This document shows positions 47,300 to 61,060 of a stretch of 64,000 nt of DNA, one piece after another. Location of the stretch: assembly GCA_030390025.1 (NCBI GenBank), contig JASTWF010000034.1, positions 2,418,001-2,482,000 on the forward strand, in the 5' to 3' direction. The DNA comes from Squalus acanthias (Eukaryota). The translations under genes were made by a program, and so were the position numbers. Under the pieces are notes generated by a model. That model saw only the letters and a list, made by a program, of their open reading frames with translations, searched no databases and was not told the DNA's origin. Position 1 is the stretch's first letter. Each line of letters starts with the position of its first letter.

Positions 47300-50200
47300 C
47301 ATGATTTCAAAGTTTGAAAATGACAAAACTCGGAAATGGTAATAAACAGTGAGAATGATGGTAACAGACTTCAGGAGGACGCAGACAGACTCGTGAAATG
47401 GGCAGACACATGGCAGATACAATTTAACACAGAGAAGGGTGAAGTGATACATGTTGGTAGGAAGCATGAGCAGAGGCAATATAAACTAAACTGTACAATT
47501 TCAAAGCAGGTGCACGATCAGAGAGATCTGGTGTGTACTTACACTAATCTTTGAAGGTGGCAGGACAAGTAGTGATGTCTGTTATTAAAGCATACGGAGT
47601 CCTTGGTTTTACAAACAGAGACAGAGTAACAAAATCCAGGTAGAAATGTTAACCTATTAAAAAGCATTGGTTAGACCCCAGCTGGAGTATTGTGTCCAAT
47701 TCTGAGCACCACACTTTGGCAAGCATGTGAAGGATTAGAGAAGGTGTAGAGGAGATTTACCAGAATGGTACCAGGGATCTGGGACTTCAGTTACGTGGAG
47801 AGTCAGGAGAAGCTGAGATTGTTCTTTTTAGAGCAGCGAAGGTTAAGAATCACAGAATTGTAGAATCATAGAAATTTATGGCACAGAAGGAGGCCATTTG
47901 GCCTATTGCATCTGCGCCGGTCAAAATAGAGCTTTCCAGCTTAATCCCACTTTCCAGCTCTTGGTCCGTAGCCCTGTAGGTGATGGCACTTCAAGTGCAT
48001 ATCCATGTACGTTTTAAACGTGATGAGGGTTTCTGCCTCTACCACCCTTTCAGGCCTTGAGTTTCAGACCCGCACCGACCTCTGGGTGAAACAAATTCTC
48101 ATCTCCCGTCTAATCCTTCTACCAATTACTTTAAATCTATTCTCCTTGGTTATTGACCACTCTGCCAGGGGAAATAGGTGCTTGCTATCCACTCTATCTA
48201 GGCCCCTCATAATTTTATACACCTCAATTAAATCTCCCCTCAGCCTCCTCTGTTCCAAAGTAAAGAACCCCAGACTATTCTCCAGTCTTGGCAACATCCA
48301 TGTAAATCTCCTTTATAACGGCTCGACTGCAATCACATCTTTCCTGTAATGTTTTGACCAAAATTGTACGCAGTATTCTAGCTGTGGCCTAATTGGTGTT
48401 TTATACAGTTCTAGCATAAACTCCCTGCTTTTATATCCTATGCTTCGGCTAATAAAGCAACGTATTGGTGGACAAGTGTGGAAATATGAGGAGAGGTTGA
48501 GTAGATTGGGACTCTACTCATTGGAGTTCAGAGGAATGAGAGGCGATCTTATTGAAACATATAAGATTGTGAAGGGGCTTGATGGGGTGGATGCGTTAAG
48601 GACGTTCCCAAGGATGGGTGAAACTAGAACTAGGGGCATAATCTTAGAATAAGGGGCTGCCCTTTCAAAACTGAGATGAGGAGAAACTTCTTCACTCAGA
48701 GGGTAGTAGGTCTGTGGAATTTGCTGCCCCAGGAAGCTGTGGAAGCTACATCATTAAATCAATTTAAAACAGAAATAGACAGTTTCCTAGAAGTAAAGGG
48801 AGTTAGGGGTTACGGGGAGCGGGCAGGAAATTGGACATGAGGCTGAGTTCGGATCGGTCAAGGCCCTGTTGGTGGCGGAGCGGGCCCAGGGCCTGAGTGG
48901 CCGGGTCCAGCTGCTAATTCTTGTGTTCTTTAGAATTGAGGTTAGGATCAGATCAGCCATGATCTTATTGAATGGCGGAGCAGGCTCGACGGGCCGATTG
49001 GCCTACTCCTGCTCCTATTTCATATGTTCTTATGTTCTTATCCCACATGCCTTTTTAACTACCCTATCTACATGTCCTGATAGTTTTAGAGATATGTGGA
49101 AATGTACTCCAAGGTCCCTCTGTTCCACTGCATTTCTCAGTATCCTGCCATTTATTGTGTCTTCCTTTTTTTTTAGCCCGCCACAAATGCATTACCTCAC
49201 ACTTCTCCGAAATGAAGTCCATTTGCCACTGTTCTGCCCACCTGACCAGTCCATTGATATCTTCTGCCAGTCTACAGCTGTCTTCCTCACTATCAACCAC
49301 ACGGCCAATTTTTGTATCATGTGCAAACTTCTTCATCATGTCCCCAACATTGAAGTCTAAATCATTGATATATACCACGAATAGCAGGGGACCTAGTACT
49401 GAGCCCTGTGGAACCTCACTGGAAACAACCTTCCACTCACAAAGAACACACATCGACCATTAGGACCATTGCTTCCTGCCACTGAGCCAATTTTGGATCC
49501 AACTTGCCACTTTCCCTTGGATCCAATGACCAACCTGTCATGTGGGACCTTGTCCAAGGCCTTACTAATATCTACGTGGACTACATCAAATGCACTCCCC
49601 TCATCGACACTCCTCATTACCTGAATCAAAAAATTCAATCAAGTTAGTTAGACACGACCTTCCTTAACATTACCATGCTGACTGTCCTTGGTTTATCTGT
49701 GCCTTTCTAAATGCCGATTAATACTGTCCCTCAGAATTTTTCAAATTTTTTTCCACCACCAAGGTTAGACTGACTGCCCTGTAATTACTCGGTTTATCCC
49801 TTTCTCCCTTTTTAAACAATGGTACAACGTTAGCAGTCCTCCAGTCCTCTGGCATCACGCCTGTAGCCAGAGAGAATTGGAAAATGAAGATCTGAGCATC
49901 CGCTATTTCCTCCTTTGCCTCTCGTAAAAGCCTGGGATACATTTCATCCGAGCCTCGTGATTTATCTAATTTCAAAGATGCTAAACACCTTAATGTTTCC
50001 CCTCACTATGTTTGTCTCATCTAATATTTCACACTCCTCCTCCTTAACTACAATGTCTGCATCGTCTCACTCTCCTGTGAAGACAGACACAAAGTATTTA
50101 TTAAGAACCATATCAACGTCTTCCGCCTCCACACACAGATTCACTGTTTGGTCTACAATAGGCCATACTCTTTCCTTAGTTATCCTCTTGCTCTTGATGT

Positions 50201-50995
50201 ATGTATAAAACATCTTTGTGTTTTCCTTGATTTTACTTGCCAATATTTTTTCATGCCATCTCTTTGCTTTCCTAATTTCCTTTTTAATTTCAACCCTGCA
50301 CTTTCTATACCCCTCCAGGCTTTCTGTAGTATTGGGCTCTCGGTATCTGACAAAAGCTTCCCTTTTTGTTCCCTTATCCTACCCTGTATTCCCCTTGACA
50401 TCCAGGGGGCTCTAGATTTGGAAGTCCCATCCTTTATCTTTTTGGGAATATATTTGCTCTGAGCCCTCACTATCTCCTCGTTGAATGCTTCCCACCGCTC
50501 CGAACTGATTTCCAATTAAGAAGCTGTTTCCAGTTCACTTTTCCTAAATCACATCTCAGCTTAATAAATTTGGCCTTTCCCCAATTGAAAACTTTTAAAC
50601 CTGGTCTTTCTTTGTCCTTTTCCATTAGGGGAGATTTAATATAGATATTCCAGATTGTAATGGGTTTTGATAGAGTAAATAAGTCGGTTTCCAGAGGCAG
50701 AATGGTGGGTAACCAGAGGAAACAAATTTAAAGTAATTGTCAAAAGAACCAGAGGAGAGATGAGAATGTTCTTTACGCAGTGAGATGTGATCTAGAATGC
50801 ACTGTCTGAGAACGTGGTGGAAGCAGATTCAATAGTAAATTTCGAAAGGGAATGGGGTAGTTAGATGAAGGGGAATTTTTTATGGGGCTCTGATTAAAGA
50901 GTAGGACTGAATAAATAACTCTTTCAAAGAGACGGCACGGACACGATGGGCCGAATGGTCTCTGTTTGTGATGTACCGTTCTATGATTCTATGAG
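47300..50995. mobile_element. Cluster of nested CR1 fragments (+ 47300-47850; - 47860-48460 and 49040-50625; + 48480-49040; + 50626-50995)
   Basis: Repeated RT and 3'-UTR CR1 motifs on both strands. Confidence 0.85.
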
Positions 50996-51189
50996 CAAGA
51001 GACACAGAGAGCAGAGGGAGAGAGAAGAGGGGGAGAGAGAGAAAGGGAGAAAGAGAGAAATAAAAATACAGACTGAAAGACAGGGAGAGGTATAGAGGGA
51101 AGGAAATTAACTTTAAAAGGGGAATTGGATAAATACCTGAAGGGGAACAAGTTGCAGGACTATGGGAAAAGAGCAAGGGAATGGGACTA

Positions 51190-51690
51190 ATTTCAGGGGT
51201 GAGGCCATGGTGGGATTTGAACATGAGGAGGAGAATATTTAAATCGAGTTGTTGCCGGATCGGCAGCCAATGTTGGTCAGTGATCACAGGGGTGATGGGT
51301 GAACGGGACATGATGTGTGTTAGGATATGGGCAGCAGAGTTTTGGATGAGCTCTAGTTTATGGAGGCTTGTTACTTGGAGGCCGGCCAGGGGAGCATTGA
51401 CATAGTCGAGTCTGGATTTAACAAAGGCATGGATGAGGGTTTATGCAGCAGAAGGGCTGAGGTGGAGCGGAGATGGGTGAAATTTTGGGGGTGGTAGTCG
51501 GCAAGAATGGTGATTCAGAGGATATGAGTTCGGAACTCAGCTCAGGGACAAAGAGATCGCAGAGTTTGCAAACAGCCTGGTTCAGCCTCAGACATTGACC
51601 AGGGAGGGGGACTGAATCGGTAGATAGAGAATGGAGTTTGTGACGAGGACCGAAGACAATGGCTTCGCTCTTCCCAAGATTTAAATGACA
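51190..51690 (-). mobile_element. L2 LINE fragment
   Basis: LNLGKSEAIVFGP, SPITPV..HWLPIRQ..LLLMFK. Confidence 0.8.
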
Positions 51691-51930
51691 AAAACAGTAA
51701 TTCAGTGAAACGTGATTTACAGACCCAATTTCTGGATATAGAGACTTACTGGGACACCAACAGCAGCAAAGAATGAAGAATAGTAATACAGTTAGCAAAG
51801 GTTTGCAGAGTTAATAGCTGGATAGAGAGACTTACCAGAACAACAACTGCAGCAAGGAGGGGAGAGTAAATGACACGAACAGTAATACAGTAAAACATGG
51901 TTAACAGAATAGCTGGATAGAGAGACTTAC

Positions 51931-52111
51931 CAGGCACACCAACAGCAGCAAGAAGGGGATAGTAAATGTATTGAATAATCAGAAGTGCCAACTCCATCCG
52001 ACTGTCTAATGGCAGCCAATCATAATATTCTGAAAGAAGGTCAAACAGCGAGCTGAAACTCCTGCCCATTGTTGTAACATTCCAATCTACTGTTCTCAGA
52101 TTCTGCTCCAT
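51931..52111 (-). CDS. GPR139-like GPCR exon 1 (N-terminus to TM1)
   Basis: MEQNLRTVDWNVTTMGRS...IQYIYYPLLAAVGVP then G|GTAAGT phase-1 donor, compatible with the acceptor at 25668; joined frame without the CR1 is 1083 nt (360 aa). Confidence 0.8.
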
Positions 52112-52240
52112 TGTTGTAACATTCCAATCTACTGTTCTCAGATTCCGACTCCCTCTTCCTGGAGCAGCGCGCTGATCCCTGTCAGTGCCGGAGGTGATGC
52201 TCTCACTGACACTATGGATAACATATTGAAAGGAGTCCCT

Positions 52241-52390
52241 TATTAATAGAAGAGGGAAAACCCTGCACTGATACAATCAGAGTCCATGGAGACTGACATT
52301 AATTACAGTCACTGAACAAACAGCTTCAGTTAACCCGTGGAGACTGACATTAATTACAGTCACTGAACAAACATCTTCAGTTAACCCCTT
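52241..52390 (-). promoter_or_regulatory. Putative GPCR promoter: TATA-like TATTAATA and duplicated TAATTA-containing ~51-bp module
   Basis: Located ~130 nt upstream of the first ATG; module also seen at 29718-29749. Confidence 0.35.
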
Positions 52391-52439
52391 TCAATCCAAC
52401 ACTTTTTATACCACAGTAAAGTAGAACACTTACCCGTTC

Positions 52440-55400
52440 CGGATGGGATGTATAAGGGTTGCTGAGGGAAGGAATGGTGGAAATAGCGCAGGCTCTGGCC
52501 AGAATATTTCAATCCTCCTTGGATATGGGAGTGGAGCCATAGGACAGGAGGGTTGCAAATGTTATACCCTGCTTAAAAAAGGAGAGAGGGATAAACCCTG
52601 TAACTGCAGGCCAGTCAGCCTAACGTCAGTGGTGGGGAAACGTCTAGAGGCCATATTCACAGAGAAAAGTATCTGTCTTTGGAAAAAACATGGATTCATA
52701 AATGACAACCAGCCCGGATATATTAGCGGCAAAGTGTGTCTGACAAACTTGATTAAGTTGTTTGATGAAGTAACGGAAATGGTTGATGAGGGTAGTGCGG
52801 TTGATGTTGTGTATATGGACATTCAAAATGCATTTGATGAAGTACAATTGAATAGATTTGATAGGACCAAAGTGACAGTGGCAGTGGGGATCTGACATTG
52901 GCTAAGGGACAGAAAACACAGAGTAGTGGTGAACGGTTGTTGTTCAGACTGGAGGGAAGTGTACAGTGTTATCCCCCAGATGTCGCTATTCGGACCACTG
53001 CTCTTGTTGACATATATTAATGATATAGACATATATATAGACATATATATATATACACATATACACACACAAAGCGGGATAAGGTAGGCTTCAGGAGGAC
53101 ATAGACAGACTGGTGAAATGAGCAAATTGATGAAAGGTGCCGTCGACAGTGCTATTATGTGGCACTTACTCACTAATAATCTTCTCACCGATGCCCAGTT
53201 TGAGTTCCGGCAGGACCACTCGGCTCAAGACCTCATTACAGCCTTGGTCCAAACATGGACAAAGGAGCTGAATTCCAGAGGTGAGGTGAGAGTGACTGCC
53301 TTTGACATCAAGGCAGCATTGGAGTGATTGCGGCATCAAGGATCCCCAGTAAAATTGTGTCAATGGAAAGCAGGGGGAAAACTCTCCACTGGCTCAAGTC
53401 ATACCCGGCACAACGGAAGATGGTTGTGGTTTTTGGAGGTCAATCATCACAGCCCCAGGACATCGCTGCAGCAGTACATCAGGGCAGTGTCCTCGGCCCA
53501 ACCATCTTCAGCTATGTCATCAATGACCTTCCCTCCATCCTATGGTCAGAAGTGGGGATGTTCGCTGATGATTGCTCAGTATTCAGTTCTATTCACAACT
53601 CCTCAGATAATGCAGCAGTCCATGCCCGCATGCAGCAAGACCTGGATCACATTCAGCCTTGGGTTGCTAAGTGGCAAGTAATAATCACACCAAACAAGTG
53701 CCAGGCAATGACAATCTCCAACAAGAGCCACATCCCCTTGACATTCAATGGGATTACCATCGCCAAATCCGTCACCATCAGTATCCTGGGGGTTTCCATT
53801 GACCAGAACCTTAACTGGACCAGCCACAGAAATACTGTGGCTAAAAGAGCAGGTCAGAGGCTGGGTATTCTGCGGCTAGTGTCTCACCTCCTGACTCCCC
53901 AAATCCTTTCCACCATCTACAAGGCACAAGTCAGGAGTGTGATGGAATACTCTCCACTTGTCTGGATGAGTGCAGCTCCAACAACACTCAAGAAGCTCGA
54001 CATCATCCAGGACAAAGCAGCCCACTTGATTGGTAGCCCATCCATCACGATAAAGGGGCAGAGAGGGTGGTAAAAAGGGAGGGGGTCGCGGTATTGATTC
54101 AAGAAACTATTACAGCTGTGAGGAGAGATGACATGTTGGAGGGATCATCAAACGAGTCCATATGACTCGAATGGAAAAAACAAAAAAGGGGCGACCACAC
54201 TGCTGGGAGTGTACTCTCGACCCCCAAACAGTGAGAGGGAGATAGAAGAGCAAATATGTCGACAAATTTCTGAGAAGTGCAAAAACTATAGGGCAGTAGT
54301 AGTAGGAGATTTGAACAACCCCAATATTAACTGGGATAAGCTGGGTATATTTACTTGGAACAGAGGAGGCCTGGTCCTGCTCCTATTTCTTATGTTATGT
54401 TCTTAAACATTCACTACCTCCACCACCGGCGCACCGTGGCTGCAGTGTGTACCATCTACAAGATGCACTGCAGCAACTTGCCAAGGTTTCTTCGGCAGTA
54501 CCTCCCAAACATGCAGCCTCTACCACCTAGAAGGACAAGGGCAGCAGGAGCATGGGAGCACCATCACCTGTAACTTCCCCACCAAGTTACACACCATCCT
54601 GACTTGGAAGTATATCACCATTCCTTCATTGTCGCTGGGTCAAAATCCTGCAAATCCCTCCATAACAGCACTGTGGGAGCGCCTTTCCATCACCGACTGC
54701 AGCGGTTCACCACCACCTTCTCAAGTGCAACTAGGGATGGGCAATAAATGCAAGGCGTGCCAGCGATGACCACAGCCCATGAATGAATAAAAAAGAAAAA
54801 CAAAATAGATGGCAGATGAAATTCCATAAATTGCATAGATTTTAGAACGTTTGCCGCGGATTGGAATGTAGCAAATGTAACCCCAATATTTAAGAAAGGA
54901 GGGAGAGAGAAAACGGGGAACTACAGACCAGTTTTCCTGACATCAGTAGTAGGGAAAATGCTAAAATATATTGAGGACGTAGTAACAGGGCACTTAGAAA
55001 CTTATAATAGGATTGGGCAGAGACAACACGGATTTATGAAAGGGAAATCTTGTTTGACAAATTTGTTAGAGTTTTTTGAGGTTGTAACTAGCAGAACAGG
55101 TAAGGGGGAGACAGTAGATGTGGTGGATTTGGATTTTCAGAAGACATTCGATAAGGGGCCGCACAAGAGGTTATTAAACAAAATGGGATTGGGGGTAATA
55201 TTCTAGCATGGGTTGAGGATTGGTTAACGGACGGAAAACAGAGACCAGCAATAAACAAGGCATTTTCGGTTTGGCAGGCTGTAACTAGTGGGGTACCGCA
55301 AGAATCAGTGTTTGGGCCACAGCTATTTACGACATATATCAATGATTTGGATGAGGGGACCAAATGCAATATATCCAAGTTTGCTGATGATACAAAGCTG

Positions 55401-56300
55401 GGTGGGAATGTAAGTTGTGAGGAGGATGCAAGGAGGCTTCAAGGGGATAGAGACAGGCTAAGTGAATGGGCAAGAACATGGCAAATTGAATATAATGTGG
55501 AGAAATGTGCAGTTGGGAAAAATAGTAAAGCAAGGTATGTTTTAAATGTTGGGAGATTGGGAAATGTTGGTGTTCAGAGGGACCTGGGTGTCCTTGTACA
55601 TGAATCACTGAAAGGTAACATGCAGGTACAGCAAATAATTAGGAAAGCAAATGGTATATTGGCCTTTATTACAAGAGGATTTGAATATAAGAGTAAAGAC
55701 GTCTTACTGCAATTATATAAGGCCCTGGTGAGACCACACCTGGAGTATTGTGTACAGTTTTGGTCTCCTTACCTAAGGAAGGATATAATTGCCAAAGAGG
55801 GAGTGCAACGAAGGTTCACCAGACTCGTTCCTGGGATGGGGAGATTGTCCTATGAGAACAGATTGAGTAGACTAGGCCTATGTTCTCTAGAGTTTAGAAG
55901 AATGAGAGGTAATCTCATGGAAATATATAAAATTCTTAGAGGGCTTAACAGGGTAGATGCAGTGAGGATGTTTCCCCTGGCTCGGGAGTCTAGAACAAGG
56001 GGTCACAGTCTCAGCAAAAGACGTCGGCCCGTTAGGTCCGAGATGAGGAGAAAATTCTTCACTCGGAGGGTGGGGAATCTTTGCAATTCTCTGCCCCAGC
56101 GGGCTGTGGATGCTCAGTCGTTGAGTATATTCAAGACAGAGATTGGAAGATTTTTGAATATTAAGGGAATCAAGGGATATGGGGATAGTTCAGCAAAGTG
56201 GGGTTGAGGTAGAAGATCAGCCATGACCTTATTGAATGGCGGAGCAGGATCGATGGGCCAAATGGCCTACTCCTGCTCCTATTTCATATGTTCCTATTTT
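52440..56300 (+). mobile_element. Nested LINE fragments: CR1 (52440-53130, 54050-54400, 54830-56300) and second-family LINE (53130-54050, 54405-54800)
   Basis: RT motifs QGSVLGP/FADD in ORFs 53324-54073 and 55308-56207; respective 3' tails. Confidence 0.85.
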
Positions 56301-56559
56301 CTAACTCTCAATATCTATCCCTGTCTTTCTCTTCCCTCTGCCTCTCTCAGCCTGTCTGTCTCTCTCTGGCTGCCTGTGGCTCCCCCCCAGACTTTCTGTC
56401 TCTCTATTTCTATCTCTCAATCTGCCCACTCTCTTTGTTTCTATTTCTCTCTTTGTGTCTGTCTGACTCTCTCTATGGCCCGCTCAATGACCCTCCCAAT
56501 GTCTCGCTCTATGTTTCAGTCAATGTCTCTATCAATGTCCCTCTCAATGTATCCCTGAT

Positions 56560-56815
56560 TTTAATCACTCCACCATTGGTGGCCATGCCTTCAGCTGCCT
56601 GGGCCCTAAGCTCTGGAATTCTGTCCGTAAACTTCTCTGCCTCTCTCTCCTCCATCAAGACGCTCCTTAAAAATTACCTCTTTGACCAAGCTTTTGGCTA
56701 TCTGCCCAAATATCTCATGCGGCTCGATGTCAAATGTTGTTTGATACACTCCTGTGAAGCGCCTTGGGACGTTTTACTACGTTAAAGGCGCTTTATAAAT
56801 ATAAGTTGTTGTGTT
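56560..56815 (+). mobile_element. L2 LINE 3' end
   Basis: gccttcagctgcctgggccctaagctctggaatt...gtgaagcgccttgggacg...gctttataaatataagttgttg. Confidence 0.75.
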
Positions 56816-56864
56816 TTGCTTATTTCCTATTTAAGAATTAACAATTAACTTTACGCCATTGTTT

Positions 56865-59800
56865 ATTGGCTATCATACACAATTTAACAATTAACTGTGA
56901 CAGTTTTACCCTGTGTATTGGTTATCATACCCAATTTAACAATTTACTGTGACAGTTTTACCCTGTGTATTGGTTATCATACCCAATTTCACAATTAACT
57001 GACAGTTTTACCCTGTGTATTGGTTATCATACCCAATTTAACAATTAACTGTGACAGTTTTACCCTGTGTATTGGTTATCATACCCAATTTAACAATTAA
57101 CTGTGTCAGTTTTACCCTGTGTATTGGTTATCATATCCAATTTAACAATTAACTGTGACAGTGTTACCCTGTGTATTGGTTATCATACCCAATTTAACAA
57201 TTAACTGAGACAGTTTCACCCTGTGTATTGGTTATCATACCCAATTTAACAATTAACTGTGACAGTTTTACCCTGTGTATTGGTTATCATACCCAATTTA
57301 ACAATTAACTGTGACAGTTTTACCCTCTGTATTGGTTATCATACCCAATTTAACAATTAACTGACAGTTTTACCCTGTGTATTGGTTATCATAACCAATT
57401 TAACAATTAACTGTGACAGTTTTACCCTGCGTATTGTTATCATACCCAATTTAACAATTAACTGACAGTTTACCCTGTGTATTGGTTATCATACCCAATT
57501 TAACAATTAACTGACAGTTTTACCCTTGTATTGGTTATCATATCCAATTTAACAATTAACTGTGACAGTTTTACCCTCTGTATTGTTATCATACACAATT
57601 TAACAATTAACTGACAGTTTTACCCTGTGTATTGGTTATCATACCAATTTAACAATTAACTGGACAGTTTTACCCTGTGTATTGGTTATCATACCCAATT
57701 TAACAATTAACCTGACAGTTTTACCCTGTGTATTGGTTATCATACACAATTTAACAATTAACTGACAGTTTTACCCTGTGTATTGGTTATCATACCCAAT
57801 TTAACAATTAACTGTGACAGTTTTACCCTGTGTATTGTTATCATACCCAATTTAACAATTAACTGTGACAGTTTTACCCTGTGTATTGGTTATCATACCC
57901 AATTTAACAATTAACTGTGACAGTTTTACCCTGTGTATTGGTTATCATACCCAATTTAACAATTAACTGTGACAGTTTTACCCTGTGTATTTGTTATCAT
58001 ACCCAATTTAACAATTAACTGTGACAGTTTTACCCTGTGTATTGGTTATCATACCCAATTTAACAATTAACTGACAGTTTTACCCTGTGTATTGGTTATC
58101 ATATCCAATTTAACAATTAACTGTGACAGTTTCACCCTCTGTATTTGTTATCATACCCAATTTAACAATTAACTGACAGTTTTACCCTGTGTATTTGTTA
58201 TCATACCCAATTTAACAATTAACTGTGACAGTTTTACCCTGTGTATTGGTTATCATACCAAATTTAACAATTAACTGACAGTTTTACCCTGTGTATGGTT
58301 ATCATACCCAATTTAACAATTAACTGTGACAGTGTTACCCGGTATATTGGTTATCATACCCAATTTCACCATTAACTGTGACAGTTTTACCCTGTTTATT
58401 GGTTATCATACCCAATTTAACAATTGACTGTGACAGTTTTACCCTGTGTATTGGTTATCATACCCAATTTAACAATTTACTGTAACAGTTTTACCCTGTG
58501 TATTGGTTATCATACCCAATTTAACAATTAACTGTGACAGTTTTACCCTGTGTATTGGTTATCATACCCAATTTAACAATTAACTGACAGTTTTACCCTG
58601 TGTATAAGTTATCATACCCAATTTAACAATTAACTGTGACAGTTTTACCCTGTGTATTGGTTATCATACCCAATTTAACAATTAACTGTGACAGTTTTAC
58701 CCTGTATATTGGTTATCATACCCAATTTAACAATTAACTGTGACAGTTTTACCCTGTGTATTGGTTATCATACCCAATTTAACAATTAACTGACAGTTTT
58801 ACCTGTGTATTGTTATCATACCCAATTTAACAATTAACTGTGACAGTTTTACCCTGTTGATTGGTTATCATACCCAATTTAACAATTAACTGAGACAGTT
58901 TTACCCTGTGTATTGGTTATCATACCCAATTTAACAATTAACTGACAGTTTTACCCTGTGTATTGGTTATCATACCCAATTTAACAATTAACTGTAACAG
59001 TTTTACCCTGTGTATTGGTTATCATACCCAATTTAACAATTAACTGTGACAGTTATACCCTGTGTATTGGTTATCATACCCAATTTAACAATTAACTGTG
59101 ACAGTTTTACCCTGTGTATTGGTTATCATACCCAATTTAACAATTAACTGGACAGTTTTACCCTGTGTATTGGTTATCATACCCAATTTAACAATTAACT
59201 GACAGTTTTACTCTGTGTATTGGTTATCATACCCAATTTAACAATTAACTGTCACAGTTTTACCCTGTGTATTGGTTATCATACCCAATTTAACAATTAA
59301 CTGTGACAGTTTTACCCTGTGTATTGGTTATCATACTGAATTTAACAATTAACTGGGACAGTTTTACCCTGTGTATTGGTTATCATACCCAATTTAACAA
59401 TTAACTGACAGTTTTACCCTGTGTATTGGTTATCATACCCAATTTAACAATTAATTGACAGTTTTACCCTGTGTATTGGTTCTCATACCCAATTTAACAA
59501 TTTACTGTGACAGTTTTACCCTCTGCATTGGTTATCATACCCAATTTAACAATTAACTGACAGTTTCACCCTGTGTATTGGTTCTCATACCCAATTTAAC
59601 AATTAACTGTGACAGTTTTACCCTCTGCATTGGTTATCATACCCAATTTAACAATTAACTGACAGTTTTACCCTGTGTATTGGTTATCATACCCAATTTA
59701 ACAATTAACTGACCGTTTTACCCTGTGTATTGGTTATCATACTGAATTTAACAATTAACTGTGACGGTTTTACCCTGTGTATTGGTTATCATACCCAATT

Positions 59801-59865
59801 TAACCATTACCTAACAGTTTTACCCTGTGTATTGGTTATTATACCCAATTTAACAATTAACTAAC
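56865..59865. repeat. 50/52-bp AT-rich satellite, ~58 copies
   Basis: ccaatttaacaattaact[gt]gacagttttaccctgtgtattggttatcatac tandem array. Confidence 0.98.
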
Positions 59866-60107
59866 TTTATGCTCTTGTGTATTATTTATCAAGTCAAATT
59901 TAAATAACTATAGCTTTCGTTTCCCCTCTATGCTTAATATGTCAATTTGTACAAATAATTGCAACGGTCTGAATAAAATAATAAATAAGACCAGGAGTAG
60001 GTCCTGTGCTGCAACCTGTTTATTAGTTTTCATGTCCAATTTATCAATCAACAGTGCCTTTTTTCCTCGCTGTATTGGTTACCACTTCCATTTTAAAACC
60101 ACCTGAA

Positions 60108-61060
60108 CAACAACAACGACGTGTATTTATATAGCGCCTTTAACGTAATAAAACGTCCCAAGGCGCTGCTCAGGAGTTTAAGACAAAAAATTGGCTCCGT
60201 TCCACAAAAGCATAAATTAGGGCAGGTGACCAAAAGCTTGGTCAAACAGTTAGGTTTTAAGGAGCGTCTTCAAGGAGGAAATAGAGGGGGGGGGTGCTGG
60301 GAAGTGGTTGTGGGGCTGAAGGAGATTAGAGATAGGAAGGGGCGAGGCCATGGAGGGATTTGAAAACAAGGATGAGAATGTTGAAATCGAGGTGCTGCTT
60401 AACCGGGAGCCAGTGTAGGTCAGCGAGCACAGGGGAGATGGGTGAGCGGGACTTAGTACGAGTGAGGACACGGGCAGCCGAGTTTTGGATGGTCTCAAGT
60501 TTACGTAGGGTGGAATGTGGGAGGCCAGCCAGGAGTGCATTGGAACAGTCAAGTCTAGAAGTAACAAAGGCATGGATGAGGGTTTCAGCAACGGATGAGC
60601 TGAGGCAAGGGCAGAGACGGGCGATGTTACGGAGGTGGAAATAGGCGGCCTTTGTTATGCTGCGGATATGTGGTCAGAAGCTCATTTCAGGGTCAAATAT
60701 GACACCAATGTTGCGAACAGTGTGGTTCAGCCTCAGACAGATGTTAGGGAGAGGGATTGAGTCTGTGGCGAGGGAACGATGTTGCTGGCAGGGACCGAAA
60801 ACAATGGCTTCGGTCTTCCCAATATTTACTTGTAGAAACTTTTTGCTCATCCAGAACTGGATGTCGGTCAAGCAGTCTGACAATTTAGACACCGTGGAGG
60901 GGTCGAGAGAAGAGGTAGTGAGTTAGAGCTGGGTGTTGTCAGCGTACATGTGGAAACTGACTGTGTTTCTGGATGATGTCACCAAGGGGCAACATGTAGA
61001 TGAGAAATAGGAGGGGGCCAAGGAGAGATCCTTGGGGGACAACAGAGGTAACGATGTGAG
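60108..61060 (-). mobile_element. L2 LINE 3' portion
   Basis: [40 protein letters not shown]; tail gttgttgttgtt. Confidence 0.88.

Noticed and set aside
56865..59865. CRISPR-like palindromic repeat array
   Set aside because: Head-to-tail units with no unique spacers, no cas genes, vertebrate context
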